Part shown: in pieces, positions 37,811 to 50,420 of the stretch
Numbering within the stretch: position 1 is the stretch's first letter
How the letters are laid out: every line of letters begins with the position of its first letter
Assembly: GCF_001194135.2 (NCBI RefSeq)
Contig: NC_068999.1
Coordinates: 854,486 to 904,905, forward strand
Reading direction: 5' to 3'
DNA: 50,420 nt
Source: Octopus bimaculoides
Lineage: Eukaryota
Notes under the pieces: model-generated
What the model was told of the DNA's origin: nothing
What the model saw: only the letters and a program-made list of their open reading frames with translations
The model's database searches: none
Position numbers and translations under genes: made by a program

Positions 37811-38220
37811 ATTCTTTTACTTGTTTCAGCCATTTGACTGCGGCCATGCTGGAGCATCACCTTTACTCGAACAAATCGACCCCAAAACGTATTCTTTGTA
37901 TGCCTAGTACTTATTCTATCGGCCTCTATTGCCGAACCGCTAAGTTAGAGGGGCGTAAACACACCAATATATGTTGTCAATTGATTGTCGGGTGACAAAC
38001 ACGCGCACATAGATACATACATAGACTATACACACACAGACATACGCACACAAAAATACATATATATGACGGCTTCTTTTAGTTTCCATCTACCAAATCC
38101 AATCACAAGGCTTTGGTGGGCTCGAGGTTATAGTAGAAGACAATTGCCCAAGATGCCACGCAGTGGGACTGAATCCGGAACCATGTAATTGGGAAGCAAG
38201 CTTTTTACCACACAGCTACT
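37811..38220 (-). mobile_element. SINE family A copy, near full length
   Basis: The reverse complement contains cagtcccactgcgtggcatcttgggcaa, identical to 34766-34793, and has the same body and tail. Confidence 0.92.
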
Positions 38221-39659
38221 TCTACACGTATATATANNNNNNNNNNNNNNNNNNNNNNNNNNNNNNNNNNNNNNNNNNNNNNNNNNNNNNNNNNNNNNNN
38301 NNNNNNNNNNNNNNNNNNNNNNNNNNNNNNNNNNNNNNNNNNNNNNNATATATTGAAGTTCAATGAGTCATTTACATGGAATAGTCACGATTGTAGAGAC
38401 AATAAGCATCCTATTTTACCATCACACATCCTTGAAAATATAGGCCATTTCTGCCAATTCATAAGAACTGTCATGAATGCATTTTATCAAATCTGAATGG
38501 AACGTACAGTAGCTTCTATATAAATACATATTATATTCAGAAGAAAAAAAAATAGCAAGGAAATCTTCTGTTAATTAGAAAGTGTTTTTGTTTTTAAACA
38601 TGATTAACATCGGGATCATTTGTAAATTTATCTTCCCTTTCAGTGGATTTTCTTATTTCTTTCTGTCATTTTTTTTTTGTTCTGTTCAATCATGTGTTGA
38701 GTGTTCAGAACAATTATTTAGAGAAACAATCCGCCATTTTAATCTCTTAAATTCTACGCCTCCTTTTATTCATTATTCTCCTCTGTAATCAGATACACAG
38801 ACATGTAAACCTAAAGTTGGTAACTTGGTAAAACACAAGCAATCATACACCGCGCTCTCTCTATTTCAGTCTAACTCTCTCCATTTCTGTCCCCCTCCAT
38901 TTCTCTCTCTCTCTCCCAGACTATCTCTCTCTATATATATCCATTTACGTATGTAGCGCCTTGTGTCCGCGTTTCTCTCTCATTTCACATATGCTTGCGC
39001 ACGTGTGCTGGTATGTATGCATGTAAATATGTATATATCTACAAACACACACACACACACACAAGCACACACATACACACACACAACACACACATGCACA
39101 CACACGAGCACACACACACATACCGGACGTGACATGGTGATCAACCGAGTGGAATCGAAATGGTGACATAGGAACACAATATATATTAGGTTAATGGAAA
39201 GTACGACGTCAACAAGGAGTAGAACAATAGATTCGTTTATGGTTGTTGCTGTCGCTATCGCTGCCCTTGTTTTAGTTGTTGTTGGTCTTCATGTCGTTCT
39301 GAAATTGCAAGAAGCAAAACAATTACAGAGCTGCATGATTAGCCGTTTTTATTGCGTTTGAAAATCATGAGTGATAACAGCTCAGCTTTTTTCTTATAGT
39401 TGAATCATTCACTCACAGATACGGAGACACACACACACCGACACACAAAAGAAAACTCACGTGTAAACGCACAAGTACAAACACGTTTACAAAATGTGAT
39501 CACACGCAAAAATATGCAAACACATACAATTGTAAAAATATAGCTATATGGTTATGTATAGATGTAGACATTCACATAGCATTATCCGATCTTGATGTAT
39601 ATGCAGCGAATCGAGCAAACCCGCAGTGATTCATCATGTTTCCATGTATGTCGAGACAT

Positions 39660-39780
39660 ATTTGCTTATGCAAGAAGCTCGTTTGCTACGACGAGGTGTT
39701 AAGTTCAGTCCTACTCAGCAGCCCCTTGCTATATCCACTGGTCGACGAATGCCTCATGGGGGTAATTCGTAGACAAAATG
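39660..39780 (+). mobile_element. Strongly decayed family A-like SINE head/body
   Basis: aagaagctcg...aagttcagtcctactcagcagccccttg...ctggtcgacgaatgcctcatggggg. Confidence 0.45.
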
Positions 39781-39972
39781 GGAATAATTCGCATATATAT
39801 GTATATGTATATTCTTCGTTTTTGCATTTGGTTTGCAAGATTCTTTATGTAAGTTCGTGTGCTGAAGCATATTTTGTTGTGTCTGAGGAGAGTCATTCTC
39901 TTTTATTGCCTTATAATTTAACACACTCACCGGTAAAGTTTCCACGCATTTATTTAGTTATTTTTCTTAATT

Positions 39973-40362
39973 ATTGTGCCAAATTTTGGCATTGAAAGCC
40001 ACACCAATGCCAGAACGGGTCGATACTACACAGAGCCAAAGATCCCAGCAATGCCATCGCGCTTGAGGACCAGTTACTGCAACAGCCTGGGTTTCAAGGG
40101 CTCACAACGTTTTAATATTCTCCCAACGAGGCTGAGGAAACTATACAAAGTGGATGTAGGTGTCTTCAAATCAAAACTAGACCTGTTCCTGTCGAAAATT
40201 CCATATGAACCTACCACACGGGAATAGGTGCATATTAAAGTAGCGACATCAAATTGCATTCTTCAGCAAGTGCGACATATTTGAGGAGGCTCGCAGTAAT
40301 AACAGTGTAGCAAAACGGTGGTGCCACAGCATGACCACAGCTCTGAGCTGAAACTGCAAAAA

Positions 40363-40363
<1 letters not shown>
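39973..40363 (+). mobile_element. 5'-truncated CR1-group LINE 3' end (ORF2 C-terminus, 3' UTR, A-rich end)
   Basis: IVPNFGIESHTNARTGR...SYCNSLGFKGSQRFNILPTRLRKLYKVDVGVFKSKLDLFLSKIPYEPTTRE*VHIKVATSNCILQQVRHI* matches the G.RLFN.LP..R.....FK.KLD.FL..IPD.P...SN C-terminus of invertebrate CR1-group ORF2. It has one premature stop. The clade assignment is inferred. Confidence 0.8.
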
Positions 40364-40441
<78 letters not shown>

Positions 40442-40605
40442 AAGTTATCAGAATGTAAATTGAAATTAATTTGATGGATAATTAGAGCACGAAGAATTCA
40501 TTAAACATACCTTGCTAGTTCACGCTGGATGGTTTCTGGAGGGCAAATTCCCATTCTCAGACTATTTCCACCAGTCAACTTTATTCCGCCGACATGAACA
40601 AAGAA

Positions 40606-40651
40606 TGACGATGACAACATCGATGCCGACGGCGATGATAATGGTGAGGAC

Positions 40652-40696
<45 letters not shown>

Positions 40697-40860
40697 AGTA
40701 CGACAACGACAATGACAATGGGGATAATGACGATGACTGAGACGATGAAGAAGATAATTATGAAGAGGAGAAGAATGATAACTGCGACGAATGCGATGAC
40801 GATGATGATGATGATGGTGATGATGATGACGATGACGATGGCGAAAATGACGATGAGGTG
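40606..40860. repeat. Degenerate (GAT)/(GAC) microsatellite
   Basis: Visible directly. Confidence 0.95.
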
Positions 40861-41213
40861 AATAATGGTAAAACTGAAGAGCAAAATTGTTTTGAGAAAC
40901 GGTGAGCAACCGTTGTTATTTTGATCGCTCCATCTCCAGCCTCTAACTGAAACGCTACTCAACGGCGTCCTTTCAATGTCCAGTATGGGGGCAGAGGGCT
41001 TTCTGTATCAATCTTTTTACAGTGACTGTAAATATATATTTTGGTTGAAAAACATTTAAGATCACTAAACAGAGATTGTAAGAGATTAAAAGATAACAAT
41101 CGACAGACATAAAATATAATATATAGAGACTTTGTCCGTTGGCATAAACATTAATTATAGATAGAAATTATGGCTTTTATATAAGTCATCACTCAATAAC
41201 AATTAATAAATAT

Positions 41214-41445
41214 AATAATGGTTTCAAATGTTGGCACAAAGCCAGCAATTTTGGGTTGGAGAAGTAAGCCGATGTTATCGATCCAGTTCTCAAGTAATAC
41301 TTATTTTTATGTACTTATTTTTATCGACCTCAAAATGATGAAAGTCAAAGACGATCTCAGTTGAAATTGGACTCAAAATATGTAAAGAGCCAGAAAAATG
41401 GTGCTAAATATTTTCTGCGGCGTGCTTAAATTCTCCCAGCCTGCA
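41214..41445 (-). mobile_element. SINE family B copy
   Basis: aataatggtttcaaatgttggcacaaagccagcaatt...atcgacctcaaaatgatgaaagtcaaag...; contains a local 14-bp duplication (tacttatttttat twice). Confidence 0.75.
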
Positions 41446-41462
41446 GACTTACGCATGTTACG

Positions 41463-41670
41463 TTTTCAAATTGTCAGCACAAGGCCAGCAATTTTAGGAG
41501 TGCGTTTTAAGTCTAGTATGTCGATCAAATACTTGATTGATACTTAATTGATGGATCCACAAAACGATGAAAGTCATTCACGGTTCAATTTAAACTGAAA
41601 ACGCAAAGTCGAAGAAATGTCGCTAAGCATTTTGTCCGTTATGTTAACCATTGTGCCTGCTCAGCAACTA
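41463..41670 (-). mobile_element. SINE family B copy, tandem to the previous copy
   Basis: ttttcaaattgtcagcacaaggccagcaatt...cgctaagcattttgtccgttatgttaaccattgtgcctgctc. Confidence 0.7.
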
Positions 41671-41672
41671 AC

Positions 41673-41673
<1 letters not shown>

Positions 41674-41731
<58 letters not shown>
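41674..41731. repeat. (AAT)n microsatellite
   Basis: Visible directly. Confidence 0.97.
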
Positions 41732-41732
<1 letters not shown>

Positions 41733-42354
41733 CCAGACCTACCTTAACTACAGAAAGTTAAAAAACCAGGCCTACTATCCCTCTAGGAAGAATAAATCAG
41801 TGTAAGGCTTTCGAGCAGAGTGAGAATAGTGAAAGATGACGAGAGCGAAAAGAGAGCTTGGACCGGTCTGTAAGGCCGAACAGAGGAAGTGACTCTGAAG
41901 ACGAGTAATGACAGGGAAAAGAGAGAAGCTATCTCCTGGTTAAAAACAGCAACAGTCAAGAGGTGTAATCTAAAGTGATATCGTCTGTTTCTCGTCTTTT
42001 GTTTCCCTCTTGTGGGGCAAAATTTGCCGCGTCCCACCACTCCTGTGTTGTCCAAGTAGTGACACCATGAAATAAATATACTTCACATGTGTTTGTTCAA
42101 TGTGTCTCTACGTATTATTTAACGCTGTATCCTGTGTCATGTCGCCTACAGTTTTTCTTAGCTCATATTCTAGCAATGGTGCCAAAATCACTCCTTACAT
42201 CATTTCAAAGACACATTAATCTTTTAATGATAATTACTTAACACTTCAGTTGTAAATGAATCGATTACCAGTCCAGATTGTGAGCATAGAGGTGAGGTAA
42301 AATGTGAGAGGGGAGCAATGAGCGACATGATACACAAATAGGGAGAGGAAAAGT

Positions 42355-42358
<4 letters not shown>

Positions 42359-42405
<47 letters not shown>

Positions 42406-42519
42406 AAGAGAGAGAGTGGTGGAGAGAGAGTAGTGGAGAGAGAGAGAGAGTGGTGGAGAGAGAGAGAGTGGTGGAGAGAGAGAGAGTGGTGGAGAGAGAG
42501 AGTGCTGGAGAGAGAGAGA
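42359..42519. repeat. (GA)n with (GA)nGTGGTG minisatellite units, running into the 991-N gap
   Basis: Visible directly. Confidence 0.93.
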
Positions 42520-43820
42520 NNNNNNNNNNNNNNNNNNNNNNNNNNNNNNNNNNNNNNNNNNNNNNNNNNNNNNNNNNNNNNNNNNNNNNNNNNNNNNNNN
42601 NNNNNNNNNNNNNNNNNNNNNNNNNNNNNNNNNNNNNNNNNNNNNNNNNNNNNNNNNNNNNNNNNNNNNNNNNNNNNNNNNNNNNNNNNNNNNNNNNNNN
42701 NNNNNNNNNNNNNNNNNNNNNNNNNNNNNNNNNNNNNNNNNNNNNNNNNNNNNNNNNNNNNNNNNNNNNNNNNNNNNNNNNNNNNNNNNNNNNNNNNNNN
42801 NNNNNNNNNNNNNNNNNNNNNNNNNNNNNNNNNNNNNNNNNNNNNNNNNNNNNNNNNNNNNNNNNNNNNNNNNNNNNNNNNNNNNNNNNNNNNNNNNNNN
42901 NNNNNNNNNNNNNNNNNNNNNNNNNNNNNNNNNNNNNNNNNNNNNNNNNNNNNNNNNNNNNNNNNNNNNNNNNNNNNNNNNNNNNNNNNNNNNNNNNNNN
43001 NNNNNNNNNNNNNNNNNNNNNNNNNNNNNNNNNNNNNNNNNNNNNNNNNNNNNNNNNNNNNNNNNNNNNNNNNNNNNNNNNNNNNNNNNNNNNNNNNNNN
43101 NNNNNNNNNNNNNNNNNNNNNNNNNNNNNNNNNNNNNNNNNNNNNNNNNNNNNNNNNNNNNNNNNNNNNNNNNNNNNNNNNNNNNNNNNNNNNNNNNNNN
43201 NNNNNNNNNNNNNNNNNNNNNNNNNNNNNNNNNNNNNNNNNNNNNNNNNNNNNNNNNNNNNNNNNNNNNNNNNNNNNNNNNNNNNNNNNNNNNNNNNNNN
43301 NNNNNNNNNNNNNNNNNNNNNNNNNNNNNNNNNNNNNNNNNNNNNNNNNNNNNNNNNNNNNNNNNNNNNNNNNNNNNNNNNNNNNNNNNNNNNNNNNNNN
43401 NNNNNNNNNNNNNNNNNNNNNNNNNNNNNNNNNNNNNNNNNNNNNNNNNNNNNNNNNNNNNNNNNNNNNNNNNNNNNNNNNNNNNNNNNNNNNNNNNNNN
43501 NNNNNNNNNNATATATATATATCTTGATTGTTCTAACAACAGCAAGGCAGCTGGCTATTGTTAAGGCAATAACAGGAAAGAGAAAGTCACGCTGACCGAT
43601 GGAGGTAAATATAACGTACAATATCTCCAAAATATTGGATTAACAGTTTGTGTATAATGTTGTGCGACTTCCAGACATAGTCTCTTGCAGCCAAATTCAA
43701 TAAACATTTTACAGTGCTTTGATACACCGCGCTAATTTTTTAACTTTCAGGGATTAAAATTGAAGTTTCTATAGGTTTGTCCGCTTTTGTTTTGCCTCGG
43801 ACCTTGTGGCCAATAAAGAA

Positions 43821-43876
43821 ATGATGATGATCTTGATGAATATGATGACGATCATCATCATCGTCATCATCATGAA

Positions 43877-43930
<54 letters not shown>

Positions 43931-43945
43931 CTTCATCATTATTAT
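43821..43945. repeat. (GAT)/(CAT)n microsatellite
   Basis: Visible directly. Confidence 0.95.
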
Positions 43946-46321
43946 TGTTGATTTGACTCAGGTTCGTTCTCATCATTGGTAGAATGTATGTATTTTGCCG
44001 GTTACTAACTGTAAACTTAGATATCCACAAATTTTCAATTGTCTTTCAAATGCTTAAAGCCGTCCTGATGATAAATTCTGTCATTAAGAGGCAAACGTTG
44101 TGTAGAACCTCAGCAGGATATTCTTTTCCAATCTCCTTCAACCATTTGTCTCTTATCTTTACTTACATTTCCCCACTACGACAATAACTATAGGCACAAC
44201 CAGTACAGTTTTCTTACTCCAAATTCATTCAAATTCAAATATTAAAGGACTATATNNNNNNNNNNNNNNNNNNNNNNNNNNNNNNNNNNNNNNNNNNNNN
44301 NNNNNNNNNNNNNNNNNNNNNNNNNNNNNNNNNNNNNNNNNNNNNNNNNNNNNNNNNNNNNNNNNNNNNNNNNNNNNNNNNNNNNNNNNNNNNNNNNNNN
44401 NNNNNNNNNNNNNNNNNNNNNNNNNNNNNNNNNNNNNNNNNNNNNNNNNNNNNNNNNNNNNNNNNNNNNNNNNNNNNNNNNNNNNNNNNNNNNNNNNNNN
44501 NNNNNNNNNNNNNNNNNNNNNNNNNNNNNNNNNNNNNNNNNNNNNNNNNNNNNNNNNNNNNNNNNNNNNNNNNNNNNNNNNNNNNNNNNNNNNNNNNNNN
44601 NNNNNNNNNNNNNNNNNNNNNNNNNNNNNNNNNNNNNNNNNNNNNNNNNNNNNNNNNNNNNNNNNNNNNNNNNNNNNNNNNNNNNNNNNNNNNNNNNNNN
44701 NNNNNNNNNNNNNNNNNNNNNNNNNNNNNNNNNNNNNNNNNNNNNNNNNNNNNNNNNNNNNNNNNNNNNNNNNNNNNNNNNNNNNNNNNNNNNNNNNNNN
44801 NNNNNNNNNNNNNNNNNNNNNNNNNNNNNNNNNNNNNNNNNNNNNNNNNNNNNNNNNNNNNNNNNNNNNNNNNNNNNNNNNNNNNNNNNNNNNNNNNNNN
44901 NNNNNNNNNNNNNNNNNNNNNNATATATGGTACACGCACAAAGATCAATGGGTGTTTACTTTGTTCCGTATAACTCTCAAATGATTTAACTTAGAGAAAG
45001 TTAGTTGTCTGTTGCGATGTTGGATTGAAACCAGACTCCGTGGTTGGCAAGAAAGTGCTTTAACCAGAATAATATGTTTGCAAAGAAACACGAAGTTTTA
45101 TCGCAAACATCTGAGTCAATGTAAAAAAAAATAAATAAATAAAAACGCATATATATAAGAAATAATATTTCATCGAAAATAATATTCTTGCGATTTTCCA
45201 CGCGCAACGAAAATCTAATTACTGACGAAAATGAAAATAGCGAAATCGAAAATTGTTAAAAGGAGTTTCGAAGACATTTTGCCGTGAAGATAATATAAAT
45301 AATGATTGTGCTAAATATATTCCATGAAATAATCAGTTTTATACATAAGCGATAGATTGGCGGGTTTATGTAGCACGTATCGTAAAAGTGGTGACACGGC
45401 AACCTTTTAACAAACACGCAGCCTGAGGTGATAATACAAAGGTATGGATAAAGTCTTTAATGTCCAATGCATAACGCTTATATTCTTATTGAATGGAGTT
45501 GACCGTCTGAAGGAATAGATTCTTCATGTCATTCAGTAAAGCCATAACTAAGTAAAGATATGACAATTCTATTAAGACATTATACAACAGTAGCCTGGCT
45601 GTAAAATGTTGGTACATTACGTTGGACGTATATCAAATTTAATGTTTGCTCCTCTGTCTATAACAGTAAAGTAAACAATATACAACTAACTAAAAGTACG
45701 ACTGAAGTAACACAGATAAAATGTAAACTAAACTAACTCATTGATCGATAACTCATGCTATATTTATTCAACCGATTCTCAACTTATTAGCAGCCTGTAT
45801 TTTCATAGAGGTCAGCACTGTGCTGCTTCAAAACGCTTAATGACATCTTCTGCACCAACACAAGTGAGAAAAGTTTCAATAGCACAACTCTATATTGTTT
45901 GAGCAAATATTTTCAGATGATAAAATTTCATGACCGATGTAGCAACTGTCATGCGTGTGGTGAATGGCTGATCGTAATTCACTAGAATAGTTCTCTTGGT
46001 CAAAATCATTTACAACTTCTTGATAATGATATCGTTGATCGTAGTAAAGGCAGTGATGGTGGTGGTGGCAAAGGAAGATTGCTGGAAGACCAAAGCGTCG
46101 TATGATTAATACTTTTATGATACTTGCTGAAAACCTAGAAACTGGTAACGAGCTGAACTCGTAACAACTGGGCGTAAAATGCATAGTAACAATAATAAAA
46201 AAAATACAAATGCAGTTATAAAATCATTTATAGACTCTAGAATTATGTCAATTATCTCGTCATAGATAGCCAAGGTAATACAAACATGCATACAAACGCA
46301 CATATATGCACACACACGTGC

Positions 46322-46368
<47 letters not shown>

Positions 46369-49002
46369 GTGCGTGCGTTTGTATATGTGTGTCTGTGTTA
46401 CCATCGTATGGTATCAATCGATTGTTTCGTGATAACAATTTTAATGGTCAAGTAATTTGGCCAAGTATAATAGCCGTCATCACGATAAAACTCACCTAAC
46501 AACATCGAGAGCACGAAGGACTGCTGCAACTCTATCTTCAGTAAACATAGTTTCTCTAGTTTTGTTTGTTCTTGTTTATTATGAGTAACATTGAGCTTTT
46601 ACATTTTTCACTCTACCAAAATAATTACAACTTTGTCCTTGAGAGGAGACTTGACAACTGCGAATTGAAATTTTCTATTTCAACTACCATAAACATTTCT
46701 AAAAAGTTGTATACATGCATAAGCAGGCAAATGAATACACATACACACACACTGACACATAAACATACACACACTCACACACACGCACGCACAGTTATTT
46801 ATTCATAGATCTATGTACATATTTTTTGTAAGTCTGTATACTTACAAACAAATATATACACATATACATGTATGTATAAATACATTCATTGAGTGTAATT
46901 TCGTTTCAAGCGTATCTTGTAAAACTATGTAGGACTGCATTTTTTATGAAGCTTAGTCTACTTATATTTTAGTAATCCACGTTTTTCACATAATTTGCAA
47001 GGAAAGTAACTTTAGTGCGGAAAAAATAAATAACGATCGTCGTGCCATATCCTTTTTATGTCACGATAATTTAGCTTAAAATATAACAGTGGTGAAGTCA
47101 GCTTCAGCCACAAGCTTATCTGCTATCGTATGCACGGTGTATGAATGTCACACAATTACAGATAGGAATCTTGCAGTAATTCTTATATAATTTTCCTTCA
47201 TTCAGATATATCCTCGGGGTGTCATATTTAGATATTTACGTGTATATATGGATGCCTAAAACACACGCACACATACCGACCTATGAACACTCCAAAAACA
47301 CATACAAACATAAATATATAGAAGGCCATATGTATGGACGTATATATGAACATGTATATCTCTCTATACACTTTATATCCATAAATATATATAGTTCTCC
47401 ATATACAGACGTTCACACACAAAAGTGCACAAGCACACACGCATATCTCTATATTTATATATATACATATATACACGTACACAGAAATAAATGCAATGAG
47501 ATACATGCATTCACATCTGCACACACGCTCATACACACACACGTAATCACACACACGCACATAGCTGATGGCGCCCACCTTATAGTAGATACGTATATAA
47601 ATGTTGTATAATTCTTTTACTCTATCTTTTAGTCCCCCTCATACTTTGTCCCTCTTTTCTTTTACTCGCTCCCCATCTATTTCTCACATTTCTTGGCCCT
47701 CTCTTTCTTTACCCCCCACTTTTTCTCCTCGTTATCTCCCCTGTACCTTTCCCTTTGTCTCTGATCTTTTTTTCCTAATTCTTCAATCGCGCTGCCCCTG
47801 ACCCCTCTCTCATCCTTGTACGACGTGACCGTTGTCCGGCCAGCCATGATCTTTCTTTCTTGGCCTGACTGCAGACCGCTAATACCTCTTATGACCGTCT
47901 CCTATGTTCCTACCTTTAGGCTTTCGCTTCTTACACGCCAGCTCAATTTGATTCGTTCTCATTCGAAAGACACCTGTTGTTATATTCTTGTTTGTACTTG
48001 TAATTGCGTACCTTGTCTTAATTGCCTTACACATTCGCTAGTTTTCTTACATAAAAATTTAATGCTCTTAGCTTAGAAATTTTGGCGGTCAAACAGATCG
48101 AACTATCACAAGTGTAACTGCGCGAAACAGTAAGGACTTCTGGTAACTTGACTGAGGCAAGAAAGCAACGAATGCAAAGTCCTTTTTTGCCTGTCCTTCA
48201 AATGTTTCCCTTCTTTCCCTTCTTCACTATTTCACGTGTGATATCCTTGCTTTCATTTCTGTTCCATTTACTTCCTCTCTCTCACTCTCTCTCCTTCTCC
48301 CTCTCTTCTTACTCCCCCACCATAATCATAACTAGTCCACCACCTTCGTAGCCAACTCGCTACACTCACCAGACATATTTACTTATTTCCATCAATACTT
48401 TCATATTTTAAAATATTTTAACTGATGACGATTTACGTAATGCGTGCATTTCCCATCATATATGAGGCAAATTTGAAAAGTATCATCTATGTGTCCGAAT
48501 GTTTTATTGTCCTCTATTGCATTTTTGTTTCAATCTCTGTCTCTATATATATGTATACATACATATGAAAATATATACAGATATACACACACATATAAGA
48601 ATATCAAATATATATATACATCTGTTATTCGTCAATTCATCTGTCGCTATCTTTCTATCTGTGTATCTATCCATATATCCATATTTTTGCACGTCTGTGT
48701 GGGAGGGAAGAGGGCTCTGTACGTATGTGCATATAGATACATACACAGACACCAATGTACACAGGTTTCAAACATATTCACATAGTAATGAGATAAATAT
48801 ATATACAGATATATTATCATATAGAATAAAATTCTCCTCTCTCTTCCTCATAACTTCTTGCTTTGAATTTTTTTATGCTTTATAATAACCGTATTTTTTG
48901 TCTCTAATAACAGTATTTTCATTTGTCCACTTTTATTTCCATGGATATTCAATATTTATTTCCGCTTGCCTTTTATACTTTAGTCGATATATAATCAGGC
49001 AG

Positions 49003-49053
<51 letters not shown>

Positions 49054-49289
49054 CACTCATATTTATATACATGTGTACTTACGTCCTTATTCCAATTTTA
49101 ACGTATTTTCGACGAGTTAAAAGATAATCGGAGAATCGTGAAATATATTTCATGAAAGTCTTATGGAATGTTCAGAGTATTTTGTAGAGGCAGGCAAAAA
49201 GCGCCAACACAAAGGTTAACGTTCTTCAGGATGCTATGCATATATAACTACCCCTCTCTCTCCCTCTCTCTCTATACATATATATAAAT

Positions 49290-49344
<55 letters not shown>

Positions 49345-49346
<2 letters not shown>

Positions 49347-49504
49347 TCCAGGCGTGGCTGTGTGGTAAAAAGCTTCCTTCCCGACCACATGGTCCAGGGT
49401 TCAGTCCTACTGCGAGGCAGCTTGGGCAAGTGTTTCTACTATAGCTTCGGGTTGACCAAAGATTTGCGGGTGGATTTGGTAGGCGGAAACTGAAAGAAGC
49501 CCGT

Positions 49505-49505
<1 letters not shown>
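49345..49505 (+). mobile_element. SINE family A 5' half, ending in the internal microsatellite
   Basis: ggcgtggctgtgtggtaaaaagcttccttcccgaccacatggtccagggttcagtcc...cttgggcaagtg...ggaaactgaaagaagcccg followed by (GT)n(AT)n; no 3' half. Confidence 0.9.
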
Positions 49506-49572
<67 letters not shown>

Positions 49573-50073
49573 TGCTATCTATCTGTCGATCTGTCTGTCT
49601 ATCCACATATGAACATAAAAACACACACCAACACACATATAGGTGGATATATTTATATATTTATATTTAAGAATTTATATACATTGCTATGTATCAGTAT
49701 ATATGTGTGTGTGTGTTTTAATAAGTGTTTATGTGTGTGCGTTTGTATGTATTTCTGTATGTTAGTGTGTCAGTGTGTGTATGTGTGTGGACTTGCATTT
49801 GTGTGAGTGTATAAATTTCAATGTTCCAGCCATTAATGTGCAGAGACAAAAGGTGATGAAACGTATAAACATATGAAATGGATAACGTCACAGGCACATT
49901 AACGGATCACTCAGCTCGGCAACACTTTTGTTTTTTTCACGGAATTTAAAAGTGTGAAATGTTTTTGCAATTACTTTTAATTAACACCACATTTGGTTTA
50001 TTGTCAAATATTTTATTCTGCTGCCTCTTAACAGCATAAAGCGTATACGTACCTATATCCTCTCTAGGGGGTT

Positions 50074-50083
50074 CTATCTATGA

Positions 50084-50161
<78 letters not shown>

Positions 50162-50338
50162 ATAGATATGTACATAAATATATATTTACATAACGTTACA
50201 TGTATCCATACGTAGAATTATTTTCGTCTATGTGTAAACATATGGTTATCTATATGTACATACAGATGCATGCATATATATAGATACATATATGTATATA
50301 TGTGTGAGTGCGTTTGTATGCATGAGTGTGTATATATG

Positions 50339-50420
<82 letters not shown>
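50074..50420. repeat. (CTAT)n and terminal (CA)n(TA)n microsatellites
   Basis: Visible directly; the window ends inside the repeat. Confidence 0.95.

Noticed and set aside
46080-46170. RKIAGRPKRRMINT, resembling an RTE ORF2 C-terminus
   Set aside because: It is a single short motif preceded by a (GGT)n tract, with no other RTE landmarks.

Overview
AT-rich eukaryotic (animal) genomic DNA with no prokaryotic features. It is packed with di-, tri- and tetranucleotide microsatellites and has 12 N-gaps (about 4.4 kb), nearly all bordered by (AT)n, (GT)n or (GA)n. The SINE families present and the microsatellite load point to a coleoid cephalopod, most likely Octopus; this is an inference from recalled repeat sequences, not a database search. 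No host protein-coding gene can be recognised with confidence. Most ORF-track entries are microsatellite or N-gap artefacts. The supportable content is transposable elements: 3' ends of R4/Dong-type non-LTR retrotransposons ending in (AAT)n; a mariner transposase fragment; a 5'-truncated CR1-group LINE 3' end; a few heavily decayed APE-LINE fragments; about 25 copies or fragments of tRNA-derived SINEs in 3-5 families (called A-E here); and two non-autonomous TIR elements (MITEs). The strongest observations are a LINE/SINE pair sharing a 3' tail and stem-loop, repeated head-to-tail dimers of SINE family B, a hairpin module shared by two SINE families, and two MITEs found directly from their inverted repeats. 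A few isolated candidate exons are listed at low confidence. I found no evidence of a wholly new biological system.
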